Shown piece by piece: positions 17,801-26,143 of a DNA stretch of 58,008 nt. The stretch's first letter is position 1. The number at the start of each line of letters is the position of its first letter. Source of the DNA: Solirubrobacterales bacterium (lineage in GTDB: Bacteria > Actinomycetota > Thermoleophilia > Solirubrobacterales > JACPNS01); NCBI GenBank assembly GCA_050696815.1, contig JBOGYW010000002.1:1-58008 (forward strand), written 5' to 3'. The translations under genes and the position numbers were made by a program. The notes beneath the pieces are model-generated. The model worked only from the letters and a program-made list of their open reading frames with translations. It was not told the origin of the DNA and did no database searches.

Positions 17801-20800
17801 TCACGTTTCCGTGCCCATCGACGCGATACAGCGTCGACTTGCCGGTTGCATCGGTGACACGCGTCGAACCATCGGAGTACTCGAAATCGAAGTGCTGGTC
17901 GGTGCCGATGTCCTGATGAACCACGCGTCCGAACTCGTCGTACTCGTTCTCGACGATCGTGCGCTCGTCGGCGTCGGTCGCGGAAACCATCATTCCGTTG
18001 TCCTCGTCGTAGCCGTACGCGACTCGGCCCTCTTCGGGGTTGGTGACTGCGGACAGGGAAGATCCGGCATGGTCGTAGAGCACCGTCCGGCCATTCGAAT
18101 CGGTCGCCGATTCGAGCATTCCGTCTTCGCCATAACTGAACGTGATCGACTCGCCGTCTGTGTTCGTCTCGCTGACGAGCTTGCCGTCGTCGTATGAGTA
18201 CGAGATTCGGTTGCCGCTCTTGTCAACCTCGTCGATGATCTCGCCGTCGAGCGTGTAGCGAGTTGTGTTATCGCCATACGGATCGGTGAGAACGCGAATG
18301 TCTCCGAGCGTGCCGTCATGCACGGCGGTGAGCTGCTCAGTGTGGCCGGCCGGTGCCAAGTAGCTGCCATCGGTTTGCCTCGTGAAGTCGTACGAGCGGC
18401 CATCGGCTTGGATGACGCGCACCGAATCGTTCCCAAGCGGGAACGCACCGGCTGATCCAGCCCACGACCAGCCTTGGCCGATGGAGGTCGTGCGGGGGTC
18501 ACGCGAGTTGTACGTTCGTTCGAGGGTCAGCTTCGGCCCGTGGCCGCTGACGGCGAGATCAGTCTTGTTGAGCACAAAGTTGCCAGTGCCCGGGTCAACG
18601 GGATCGCCGACCCATGAGCCCCTCCGGGCCCCAAGCGCGTCAAGCAGCGTCAGATAGTCGCTCGGATTGCAGAACTTCACCAAGACGTCTGGGTCGTTCT
18701 TGCACTGCTCGGCCGCGTGCTTCCAGTCCATGTTGTCAAGCGAGACCGTGATTTCGGGACAAGCTTCGCTGCATTCTCCTCGCTCAACTCCGGAGAAGAA
18801 CTCGTCATACGCGTCGTCTGTCGCAAGCCAAGTGACCTCCTGATTGAGCATGAAGTCGTCGATCGTCGAGATCGCGTTCTGTTCCTCGTCGTAGTACGTA
18901 TAGAGACAGGTAAGCGGAGTCAACGTGGTTTCAACGTTGCCCTGAGGCTCTCCGAGGTCGTTCCAACGAGTACCCAGATACGAAGAGCGCGTCGGGTACT
19001 GGTCGATCTCATACGGATCACCGGGTCTCACAACCCAACAACCGCCTGCAGGCAGGTCGAAATCCTGGTGCGTGTCGTTGTCTATCCCCCAGCACCCGTC
19101 GCCCGATCCGCCTCCGCACGCGCTCTCGCCGTTCCAGGCACGGTCAGTGCCTTTCATCACCATTCGCCCGTTGGCATTGTCGAACTGCCAACCGTTCACG
19201 TGCACGTCGTAGCCCGGGTCGTTTTCTCCAGGCCCACTGTGCAGCGACGAGTAGTCGCCACCGTGGAACAGAAACTTGAGATTCGAGATCAAGCCGGGAG
19301 CAGGCGAGTCCACTTCGAAGCTGTCGATGATGTTGAGCTGTAGTTCTCCGGTGCTGTTCGCGGGAGCAAAACCAAGCGTGCTCATGAACGCATGCCGCGA
19401 CGGCAGGATGCCGAACAGCTTCAGTGCGTCAATCGCGTCCTGACTGTTCCAGGGAGTCTCTTCCCCTTCGTCTCCGAGGGCGAGGTTCGCAACAGCGTGC
19501 TTCACGTTGTCCCGAGTCTTCGCGTTGAGCGTGTCGCCGCCCGGTTCGTGGTCTACGGCGTCTTCGTAGCCGGCCGTGCTCGCAACGACTGGCACCGAGA
19601 AGGATCGAACTACCGGCCGCGTCGCGGCGCCCGTCGCGCCGCGCTCACGAACAGCGAAAGTGTGATTGCCGGCCGGCAACTCGGGCGAGTCATACGGCGA
19701 TTCGCAGGCCGCGAAGGAATCGCTGTCGATCCTGCACTCGAAGCGCACGCCGACGCTCGAGGACTCGAAGCCAAACGCCGCGAACGAGCCGCTGACCTCC
19801 TCGTCGTCGGGACCGAACGTGAAGGAAATTGGGCTCGTTGTCGTCGGCTCTTCGCTGGTCGCCTCAGATGAGTCCACGTAGAAGTCGCGGACCTCGGTCG
19901 TCGCGGCCTTTCGCCGCACGCTCGGGCTGCGCACTTCGAGGCGGTGCTTGCCTTCCTCCAGGTCGCTGATGGCCAGAGACGGCGTGCAGATCTTGAAGTC
20001 CGAGCCATCGATCGAGCATTCGAGATCGATACCCGTCGGGTCGTCCGACTCGCTGAAGCTCGCGGGGGTGATGGTGATGTCGCCTGTCGGAAACACCATC
20101 GCGTCGGTCATCGGCTTCGTGGTCACAGCGGTCGCACCGGCGTCCTGGGAAGTGACGCTGATCGTGATGTGTTCGTGAGCCGCGACGTCGGGCCCGAACT
20201 CCAAATGTGCCGGCGACGCATCTTTGAGTCCATTGGCGATCGCACGCACGGCGAAAGTCTGCGGCCCAGACCAGCCAGTTGGCGGCTGTTCGTAGTTAGC
20301 TGCGTATGGGGACGTGCACGGCAGCCAATCGCCGTCATCGACACTGCATTCGAAATGCGCGCCGGCGATCGTCGAGTGGAAGGTGAACGTCGGCGAAGCT
20401 CCGTCGATCCTGCTTTCCGGATGACCGACGGTCAGCTCGGACGGAGGATCGAGAATCGTGTCGGGTCGTAGATCTTCGTCCACGGCGACCGTGAACGAGC
20501 GACTCGCCGGCGTGGCATCGGTCGGCCCGGCGGGGATACTGGCCGCGACGGTGAACGTGTGCTCGCCATCCTCGAAGTTGGCGATTTCGAGTGGCGGTTC
20601 ACATTCCGTCGGAGTTGCTTCGTCGAGCGAGCATTCAAATGTGACTCCAGAGGACGTAGCGTCAAAGTCAAATGTGACGTGGTCGCCGCTGACAGTTGAG
20701 TCTTCAGCCGGGCCGTCGGCGATCTCCGTGTCGACGCTCGAAGCCGTCGCCGCGGTCGAGCCGGTGGCGGTCACGTGACGCACGATTCCCCGACTCTTGT

Positions 20801-23800
20801 TGCCGTCGCCGTCGACGGAACGCACGGCAAATGTGCGCTCTGACAGCGAACTCGACGGAAGCTCGAACGGCGATGTGCAGGTCGCGAAGGCGCCCGAATC
20901 GACTGAACACTCGAAGGATGCAGTCCAGGCGGGCGCGCCGAACGAGTACTCGATCGCGCCGACGGTGACGGTGTCGCCGTCGGCGGGTCCAGCGGTGATC
21001 GTCGGCAGCGCCGGCGGTGCAGTCACCACGAACAGGGCCTCGGCTGGAGTCTGGTCTGTTGCACCGGAGATCGATGCCCGCACCGCAACCGTGTGGTTGC
21101 CAACCGGCGAAGCCGAGCCGGTCGCAAGAGTCAGCTTGTTCGGCGACGAGCAGGCGACCCAGCTCTCCACGTCGATCTTGCATTCGTAGGTCGCGTCGGC
21201 GTCTGACGAGCTGAACTCGATCGTCGGCGTAGCGTTGCTGCTTCTCGCCTCAGGTGCCACGTCGATCGACGTCTCAGGCTCAACCGGATCAAGCGTCGAG
21301 ACCCAAGAGATCGTCGCGGGTGTCGTCTCTGAGCGGCCGTCGTAGCTGGCTCGCACCGAGAAGGTCTGAATGCCCGGCTGGTTGATTCCCTGAATCTCGG
21401 GGTCGCCCGGGTTGCACCTCACCCAAGGCCGGCTGTTCAGCCTGCATTCGCGCTCGATGCCTGCCGGCATTTCATGACCGTCGGCCCAACTCGTGTAATA
21501 CAACGACGGGAGCCAGTTGATCGAGCTGAAGTCGATCCACGAAGGATCGGGGTTGGCGTGGTTCGTGATGCAGGCGATCTCGGAATTGACGTCGGAGGGG
21601 TCCGGGTCGTACACGACCTGATCTTCGGCCAGGCTTGTGTTCCCAACTTCGTCAACGCCGTAGACAATGAAGTTTGCGCGGCAGACATCTAGGTCGGTCG
21701 CCACGTATGGCGACTCACACGGTTCGAGTTCTCCTCCGTTGAAGCCACATTCGTAATGGTCGATGTCAGACGCCGACGAATGAAACTCAAACTGATGCGA
21801 CGACGACGTCTCGACTTCGCCGCCATCGCGCGGATTGTCGATCGCGACTCCAGGTTCGGTGGTGTCCAGCGTGAAGTTGAACGTGTGCGTATCACCGATG
21901 TGCGTTCCATTCGACTGCTTGGCCCACAACTGGATCTCGTACGTGCCCTCGTTCCAACTGTTGTTGACCGACAACGGGATCGAACAGTTTTGATTGACGC
22001 TGCTCGTTGTCGACTCTGTGCCTTGAACATGGCAGCCGATACCCGGCACGCTAAACGCGGTGTCAACATCGAACCCTCCGTTGCCAGGTCCGATGACCGA
22101 TGGCACCCCGTCAGGGAACTGCAGCACGGTTGCGGGGTCGTAAACCCTGAACGAACTTCCGACGCCAACGTCCGAATTGCCCAGCGTGTCGGTTGCGCGA
22201 ACCTTGAAGTAGTGGAGTCCATAAGCGATCGAGGTGACCTCGTAGGGCGAGGTGCAGCTTTCGAAGGTGCCTTCATCAAGCGCGCACTCATAGCTGGCCG
22301 AGGCGTCGTCCGAATAAAAGCTGGCGCTACGGGACATACCGGACTGATACATCGACGGGTAGCTTGCCCAGGAAACGGCCGGCGCTTGAACATCGACGGA
22401 GAAATGCCGGACTGTCGGCGTCGGATCAACTCCACCGTGGCCGTCCACAGCGCGTACTACGAGGATCTTGGAGCCTGTCCCGCCCCAGCCTCCGCCGGGC
22501 GTGAACGGATTGCTACAAGACGAGAAGTCCTCGTCTTCCGGGTTCGAGAGATTGACTGCGCACTCGTAGGAAACCCCGGTGTCGCTGGAAAAGCCAAAGG
22601 CCGCTCCATCATTTGCCGTCGTCCCACTCTCTGCCACGCCACTGCTGATCGCGGTCGAGGGCGGATACGCCACGTACGACCGCTCACAGTCCGTCAGCGT
22701 GTCGGCACCGCCGTCATCGACCACCGCGAAGTCATATCCATCCCCACAGTCGGCGGAGTTCGCGTGTCCTTCTCGCACGAGCAGTTCGTCGTCGCCGGTG
22801 CCACCCTCCAGATTCTCGACGTCAGATCCGATCTGATCCTGTTCCCCGCTCTCGCCGTCGTTTGCCACGCCATCGAGGGAGAGGCTCAGCGCATTGGACC
22901 GTGACGAATAGTCCGCGGTGTCGTTGCCCGAGCCACCCGCGATCGTGTCTTGGCCGCTGCCAGGGTCCAGCGAATCGGCTCCGTTTCCACCAGACAGAGA
23001 ATCGTCGCCTCCAACGCCATAAACGGTGTCGTTGCCGTCATTTCCAGAAAGCGTGTTCGCTCCCGAACTTCCAGTCAAGGTGTCGCTGCCGGAGCCGCCA
23101 GCGATTCCTTCAACGTCGCTGGCGAGGTTGTCGCCCTCGCCGCTTTCGCCATCGTTCGCCGTACCGTCGATCGACGCGCTCACCGCCGCTGTTCGCGATG
23201 CATAGGTCGCGGTGTCGGTGCCTCCGTCGCCGTTGACCACGTCGGCGCCGAGACCCGGCTCAACCGAGTCGTTCCCGCTCCCGCCGGAAATCGTGTTGCT
23301 GGAGGAGTTACCGGTCAAGGCGTCGGCATAGTCCGACCCGGTGAGATTCTCGATCTGAGTGATTGTGTCTGAGCCGGCGCCGACGGTGTTCTGGCTTGAC
23401 GTGGTCGCCAGCGAGACGGTTACGGCAGACGAAGCAGAACCGTACGTCACCGTGTCCGTGTCGCTTCCGCCAGTAAGCGTGTCGTTGCCGGAAAGGCCCT
23501 CAATGCTGTCGTCGCCTGCACCGCCAGAGAGCGTGTTTGCACTCGCGTCACCTGTCAGCGTGTCGCCATAGCCCGAGCCGGTGAGATTCTCGAATGTCGC
23601 GAGCGTGTCCGAGCCGGCGCCGCCAGTGCTCTGGCTGGTCGAGACCGCAAGCGAAACCGATACGCCGGCAGCAGCCGCCGCGTAAGTGGCCGTGTCCGTG
23701 CCGCCACCGCCGGTCAGCGTGTCGTTACCTGCGAGGCCTTCGACCGAGTCGTTGCCATTGCCACCCTGGATGTCGTTGGCAGACGAGCTACCTGTCAGCG

Positions 23801-25781
23801 TGTCGTTGCCCGAGCCGGTCGTGATGTTCTCGACGTCTCCGCGCACGTTGTCGCCCTCGCTCGCGGCACCGTCGTTGGCGGTACCGTCGAGCGTGACGGT
23901 GAGGTCGCTCGTGCGCGTCGAGTAGTCCACTCGGTCATCGCCGTTGTCGCCGTACACGTCGTCGGCGGCGAGACGCGGGTTGATCGAGTCGTTGCCGTCG
24001 CCGCCGTGAATCGTGTTCGCCAAATCGTCGCCACCGAGCGTGTCGCCGTACGCCGACCCGGTCAGGTTCTCCACCTGGGTGATCGTGTCCGTACCGGCGC
24101 CCGTGGTGTTCTGCGAAGTCGTCGTAACCAGGGCGACGGTCACCGCAGAAGCCGCGTTCGCGTAGGTGACCAGGTCCGTGCCGCCGCCACCGGTGATCGT
24201 GTCATCCCCGGCACCGCCTTCGAGCGTGTCGTTTCCGTTGTTGCCCGTCAGGCCATCGTTGCCCGACGTGCCGGTGAGCGTGTCGTCGTAGTCGCTGCCC
24301 CACACTCGTTCGGCGCCGCTGATCGTGTCGGTGCCTGCGCCGCCGGTGTTCTGCGCGCTGGAGTTAGCGAGGCTGACCGTGACTGCCGAGCCCGCGGTCG
24401 AATAATCCACACGGTCGGTTCCGGAACTGCTGTCAAGGATGTCGTCGCCGTCGCCGCCGGTCAGGAAGTCATCGCCGCCACCGCCATAGATCGAGTCGTC
24501 ACCGCCCGCGGCGCTGATCGTGTCACTGCCGGTTCCGCCGGTCAGTGCGTTGGCGGAACTGTTGCCAGTTAGAAAGTCGTTGCCGGATCCCGTGATCGCG
24601 TTCTCGACGTCGGACGCGATGTTGTCGTTTTCACCGGACTCGCCGTCGTTGGCGGTATCGGTCAGTGAGACGTTGACGTTGGCGGTGCGGCCCGAGTAGT
24701 CAACCGTGTCGACGCCGGCGTTGCCGTTGACGGTGTCGGTGCCTGTGCCTGGGTCTACAAGGTCGTTGCCGTTGCTGCCGCTGATCGTGTCGTTGCCGCC
24801 GGCGCCGCTTAGCGTGTCGTTGCCGTCATTGCCAGTAAGTCCGTCGGCGCTCGAGCTGCCGGTTAGCGTGTCGTCGTACGCGCTGCCCCACAAGCGCTCG
24901 CAGCCGCTGATCGTGTCGTTGCCCGCGCCAGCGGTGTTTTGCGAACTTGTTGTCGCAAGCGAAACCGTCACGGCAGAACCCGCGCTTGAGTAGTCGTCGC
25001 GGTCCGTGCCAGAGCCACAGGAAATGGTGTCGTCACCATCGCCGCCGGTCAGGAAGTCGTCGTCGCTGCCGCCGGTCACTGTGTCTGCGCCAGCCGAGCC
25101 GCCGATCGTGTCGCTGCCTGCGCCGCCGTCGAGCGAGTTGGCAGAGCTGTTGCCCGTCAGAAAGTCGTTGCCCGTACCACCGGTCGCGTTTTCGACGTCG
25201 CTCGCGACGTTGTCGTTCTCGCCCGAAGCGCCGTCATTAGCCGTGTCCGTGAGCGAGACGTTCAGGTTCGCGCTGCGTGCGGAGTAGTCGGCGGTGTCTG
25301 CCCCAGAGCCACCGTTGATCGTGTCCGTCGCTGTGGAGGTGATGATCGTGTCGTTGCCCCCGCCGGCGTTGATCGTCGCTCCAACGGAAGAAGTCGACCG
25401 CAACGTGTCGTTGCCGTCGTCGCCATTGATCGTGATCGCGGTGATGCCGGTCGAAGAGCACGTCGCCGTGTGCGAGTCGACTGATGTGCAGCCCGAAGTC
25501 ACGCCCAAGGTGGCGCCGCTGTCGGCGATCGTGAAGGTCGAGCCGGAAAGCGAGACGGTGACATCGTTCGCTTCGCCGCTTGCCGCGGTTAAGACGAGAG
25601 TGTTCCCGGATGTTCCTGCCGAGCTCGCGAACGATGTTGACGCAGCGATTAGTCCGACGAGAGCAAACAGGACAGAAGCGCTCGCAAAGGAGGCCAGCCG
25701 GGCGATCCTCGTGACAGACGCGCGCAGGGCACAGCGGTGATGCCCGCCGGTGCGTTTTCCGAAGCAGTGCGAAGTCTTCAA
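14799..25781 (-). CDS. Giant secreted polymorphic toxin (3660 aa): Sec signal, RTX-type Ca-binding repeats, about 11 Ig-like Cys-pair modules, RHS/YD-repeat shell, variable C-terminal toxin (WapA-like)
   Basis: Uninterrupted ORF from TTG 25781 to TAA 14799. Motifs read directly from the translation; see the sub-features below. Confidence 0.9.
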   Translation of the reverse strand: MKTSHCFGKRTGGHHRCALRASVTRIARLASFASASVLFALVGLIAASTSFASSAGTSGNTLVLTAASGEANDVTVSLSGSTFTIADSGATLGVTSGCTSVDSHTATCSSTGITAITINGDDGNDTLRSTSSVGATINAGGGNDTIITSTATDTINGGSGADTADYSARSANLNVSLTDTANDGASGENDNVASDVENATGGTGNDFLTGNSSANSLDGGAGSDTIGGSAGADTVTGGSDDDFLTGGDGDDTISCGSGTDRDDYSSAGSAVTVSLATTSSQNTAGAGNDTISGCERLWGSAYDDTLTGSSSADGLTGNDGNDTLSGAGGNDTISGSNGNDLVDPGTGTDTVNGNAGVDTVDYSGRTANVNVSLTDTANDGESGENDNIASDVENAITGSGNDFLTGNSSANALTGGTGSDTISAAGGDDSIYGGGGDDFLTGGDGDDILDSSSGTDRVDYSTAGSAVTVSLANSSAQNTGGAGTDTISGAERVWGSDYDDTLTGTSGNDGLTGNNGNDTLEGGAGDDTITGGGGTDLVTYANAASAVTVALVTTTSQNTTGAGTDTITQVENLTGSAYGDTLGGDDLANTIHGGDGNDSINPRLAADDVYGDNGDDRVDYSTRTSDLTVTLDGTANDGAASEGDNVRGDVENITTGSGNDTLTGSSSANDIQGGNGNDSVEGLAGNDTLTGGGGTDTATYAAAAAGVSVSLAVSTSQSTGGAGSDTLATFENLTGSGYGDTLTGDASANTLSGGAGDDSIEGLSGNDTLTGGSDTDTVTYGSASSAVTVSLATTSSQNTVGAGSDTITQIENLTGSDYADALTGNSSSNTISGGSGNDSVEPGLGADVVNGDGGTDTATYASRTAAVSASIDGTANDGESGEGDNLASDVEGIAGGSGSDTLTGSSGANTLSGNDGNDTVYGVGGDDSLSGGNGADSLDPGSGQDTIAGGSGNDTADYSSRSNALSLSLDGVANDGESGEQDQIGSDVENLEGGTGDDELLVREGHANSADCGDGYDFAVVDDGGADTLTDCERSYVAYPPSTAISSGVAESGTTANDGAAFGFSSDTGVSYECAVNLSNPEDEDFSSCSNPFTPGGGWGGTGSKILVVRAVDGHGGVDPTPTVRHFSVDVQAPAVSWASYPSMYQSGMSRSASFYSDDASASYECALDEGTFESCTSPYEVTSIAYGLHYFKVRATDTLGNSDVGVGSSFRVYDPATVLQFPDGVPSVIGPGNGGFDVDTAFSVPGIGCHVQGTESTTSSVNQNCSIPLSVNNSWNEGTYEIQLWAKQSNGTHIGDTHTFNFTLDTTEPGVAIDNPRDGGEVETSSSHQFEFHSSASDIDHYECGFNGGELEPCESPYVATDLDVCRANFIVYGVDEVGNTSLAEDQVVYDPDPSDVNSEIACITNHANPDPSWIDFSSINWLPSLYYTSWADGHEMPAGIERECRLNSRPWVRCNPGDPEIQGINQPGIQTFSVRASYDGRSETTPATISWVSTLDPVEPETSIDVAPEARSSNATPTIEFSSSDADATYECKIDVESWVACSSPNKLTLATGSASPVGNHTVAVRASISGATDQTPAEALFVVTAPPALPTITAGPADGDTVTVGAIEYSFGAPAWTASFECSVDSGAFATCTSPFELPSSSLSERTFAVRSVDGDGNKSRGIVRHVTATGSTAATASSVDTEIADGPAEDSTVSGDHVTFDFDATSSGVTFECSLDEATPTECEPPLEIANFEDGEHTFTVAASIPAGPTDATPASRSFTVAVDEDLRPDTILDPPSELTVGHPESRIDGASPTFTFHSTIAGAHFECSVDDGDWLPCTSPYAANYEQPPTGWSGPQTFAVRAIANGLKDASPAHLEFGPDVAAHEHITISVTSQDAGATAVTTKPMTDAMVFPTGDITITPASFSESDDPTGIDLECSIDGSDFKICTPSLAISDLEEGKHRLEVRSPSVRRKAATTEVRDFYVDSSEATSEEPTTTSPISFTFGPDDEEVSGSFAAFGFESSSVGVRFECRIDSDSFAACESPYDSPELPAGNHTFAVRERGATGAATRPVVRSFSVPVVASTAGYEDAVDHEPGGDTLNAKTRDNVKHAVANLALGDEGEETPWNSQDAIDALKLFGILPSRHAFMSTLGFAPANSTGELQLNIIDSFEVDSPAPGLISNLKFLFHGGDYSSLHSGPGENDPGYDVHVNGWQFDNANGRMVMKGTDRAWNGESACGGGSGDGCWGIDNDTHQDFDLPAGGCWVVRPGDPYEIDQYPTRSSYLGTRWNDLGEPQGNVETTLTPLTCLYTYYDEEQNAISTIDDFMLNQEVTWLATDDAYDEFFSGVERGECSEACPEITVSLDNMDWKHAAEQCKNDPDVLVKFCNPSDYLTLLDALGARRGSWVGDPVDPGTGNFVLNKTDLAVSGHGPKLTLERTYNSRDPRTTSIGQGWSWAGSAGAFPLGNDSVRVIQADGRSYDFTRQTDGSYLAPAGHTEQLTAVHDGTLGDIRVLTDPYGDNTTRYTLDGEIIDEVDKSGNRISYSYDDGKLVSETNTDGESITFSYGEDGMLESATDSNGRTVLYDHAGSSLSAVTNPEEGRVAYGYDEDNGMMVSATDADERTIVENEYDEFGRVVHQDIGTDQHFDFEYSDGSTRVTDATGKSTLYRVDGHGNVTSVSKPGGIRSEYHRDANGNITSVVRPDGRKSTLTYTNNRLTSIVDAAGRTTTYTYDTHGNKTSETDPTGRVTSYDYDEDTNDLQAEHKVVSGATESTSFEYDAPGVLSATVDANGNRTEYTYGDAGRVEHVIDALDGETSYTYDEHGNVETVTDPMDHVTTYSHLPMGDVESVEDPEGGTTSFDYDDSGHVTKVTDPNGNESTSDYDGLGRLSTTGIEGKTTASYGYDEFGEVASETDARGGIGRTIRNANGQVVREVGPEGAAVTYSSDVLGRKTAETDARGHSTKFEYNLAGDLTKVIDAKGGETTYEYNADSEAIRKTDPRDNVTTYQYDEAGNQTVVEQPLGLTTTYTYDDVGNLLTKDVEGETTEFEYDALNHVKNITLADDSTEEFTYDADGRLTDAKDAADRVVHFGYDDADRMESATDALGVSTTFGYDANGNVTSRTNVSGTTEFDYDSRNRITSVTMPNGRVHRFAYDGSGNLIERTTTRPAAGGVAKTVLRQQNFYDLANRLTRSYSRNGSGELRSRLFYRYDANGNPTHRETPTSTQDYGYDALDRLTDVDFGDHADTYTYDAAGNRLTKNGDAYTYDALNQMTSAPGEHTYTYDDQGRTASDTGPSGATTYAYDSLDRLTGKDSLQNGEQTFSYDALNRLVQTSGDSVTRTYNYELDDRPVAESTHVGDGTTSAATRSKAYAYGPRGLIETDVNAASATYPLVDEHGSVLANLNESGDLSDVRDYDPFGVDLDIGGASGGSGLDDDSFGYLGAHGRSAMYGTDQIHMGARIFDPSSGRFVSRDPLPGERSSPQTQNPFAYALNDPSVKFDLDGRSAIDRPRPFPPGGSPCFDCGVDPWYDLWDQTKAMVHTHWEVFKQKTGLSKEPKDPPPGSGRGGDEPSRPPGGLPGALRDASPEMRELFETGSVRDKTAAQVREILTRRGWKQRVSNDGKGPLFEGPGGEQVRMRPREGGTEIRMRNRHGQYLDEYGRDPGTNEGSHGIYLRE
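14802..15317 (-). other. C-terminal polymorphic toxin tail (172 aa) of the RHS protein, family not recognised
   Basis: Begins right after NPFAYALNDPSVKFDLDGR, which is the RHS core end and equivalent to the canonical DPxGL boundary. A Pro/Gly-rich linker is followed by a basic ~85-aa tail: TAAQVREILTRRGWKQRVSNDGKGPLFEGPGGEQVRMRPREGGTEIRMRNRHGQYLDEYGRDPGTNEGSHGIYLRE. Confidence 0.6.
15318..18611 (-). other. RHS / YD-repeat shell and RHS-associated core
   Basis: Entry motif GDPVDPGTGNFVLNKTDLAVSGHGPKLTLERTYNS. Dozens of Y-D-x-x-G-N/R-x-x-x-x-x-D repeats (e.g. YTYDTHGNKTSETDPTGRVTSYDYD). End motif GARIFDPSSGRFVSRDPLPGE...NPFAYALNDP. Confidence 0.88.
18612..19586 (-). other. Unassigned ~320-aa Cys-rich module between the Ig repeats and the RHS shell
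   Basis: aa ~2066-2390: ...HGGDYSSLHSGPGENDPGYDVHVNGWQFDNANGRMVMKGTDRAWNGESACGGGSGDGCWGIDNDTHQDFDLPAGGCWVV...ECSEACPEITVSLDNMDWKHAAEQCKNDPDVLVKFCNPSDY. About 10 Cys; no motif I can name. Confidence 0.4.
19587..22664 (-). other. About 11 tandem Ig-like modules with a conserved Cys pair
   Basis: Recurrent pattern F-x-F-x-S-x(4-8)-[FY]-E-C-x-[LVI]-D-x(5-8)-C-x-S-P-x(8-15)-G-x-H-T-F-x-V-R-A-x-D. Examples: TFECSLDEATPTECEPP...GEHTFTVAA; RFECRIDSDSFAACESPY...GNHTFAVRE. Confidence 0.7.
22692..25439 (-). repeat. RTX-type (hemolysin-type Ca-binding) nonapeptide array built from two alternating super-modules
   Basis: G-G-x-G-x-D-x-[LIF]-x runs throughout. Five copies of D-Y-S-x-R-x-x-x-[LV]-x-V-S-L-[TD]-x-T-A-N-D-G-x-S-G-E-x-D-N...S-D-V-E-N alternate with five copies of S-A-V-T-V-S-L-A-x-x-S-x-Q-N-T-x-G-A-G-x-D-T-I...E-N-L-T-G-S. 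aa ~165-350 and ~360-545 (nt 24147..25289) are a clear ~190-aa tandem duplication. Confidence 0.8.
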
Positions 25782-26143
25782 TTGTCCGATCCCTTCCGAG
25801 CCGAGCGAGCCGAGCCTGAGCCAAACCAGGCGAACTACTTCATTCGCGTCACGTGGTTTTGGTCACTACGTTTGCGTAACGTAACGTCCAAAGGGACTGA
25901 AAAGTTGCGGCGCGCGCGCCGTTGTTTTGAACCCCGCGCAAATTGCGATCGAAACGTCAAGTATTCAGCGCTTGAGCGAACCGATGCGTTGACACCGTTT
26001 GCCATCTGTCGTTGCTAGCAGCGCCGAATCCTCGCGACGCTGGCTCGGCACAAGCGGGCGCAAATCTGCGTTTCGGTTTCCACGCGCCCAACACGCGAAG
26101 AACGTTCTACAGCGGAAAACGGCAGTCCAAAGCCAGAATCAAA

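Noticed and set aside
9812-26143. Classifying the accessory segment as an integrative island with att sites
   Set aside because: There is no integrase or recombinase, and no direct repeat of the tRNA-Pro 3' half in any intergenic gap I could read. It is reported only as a tRNA-adjacent accessory segment.
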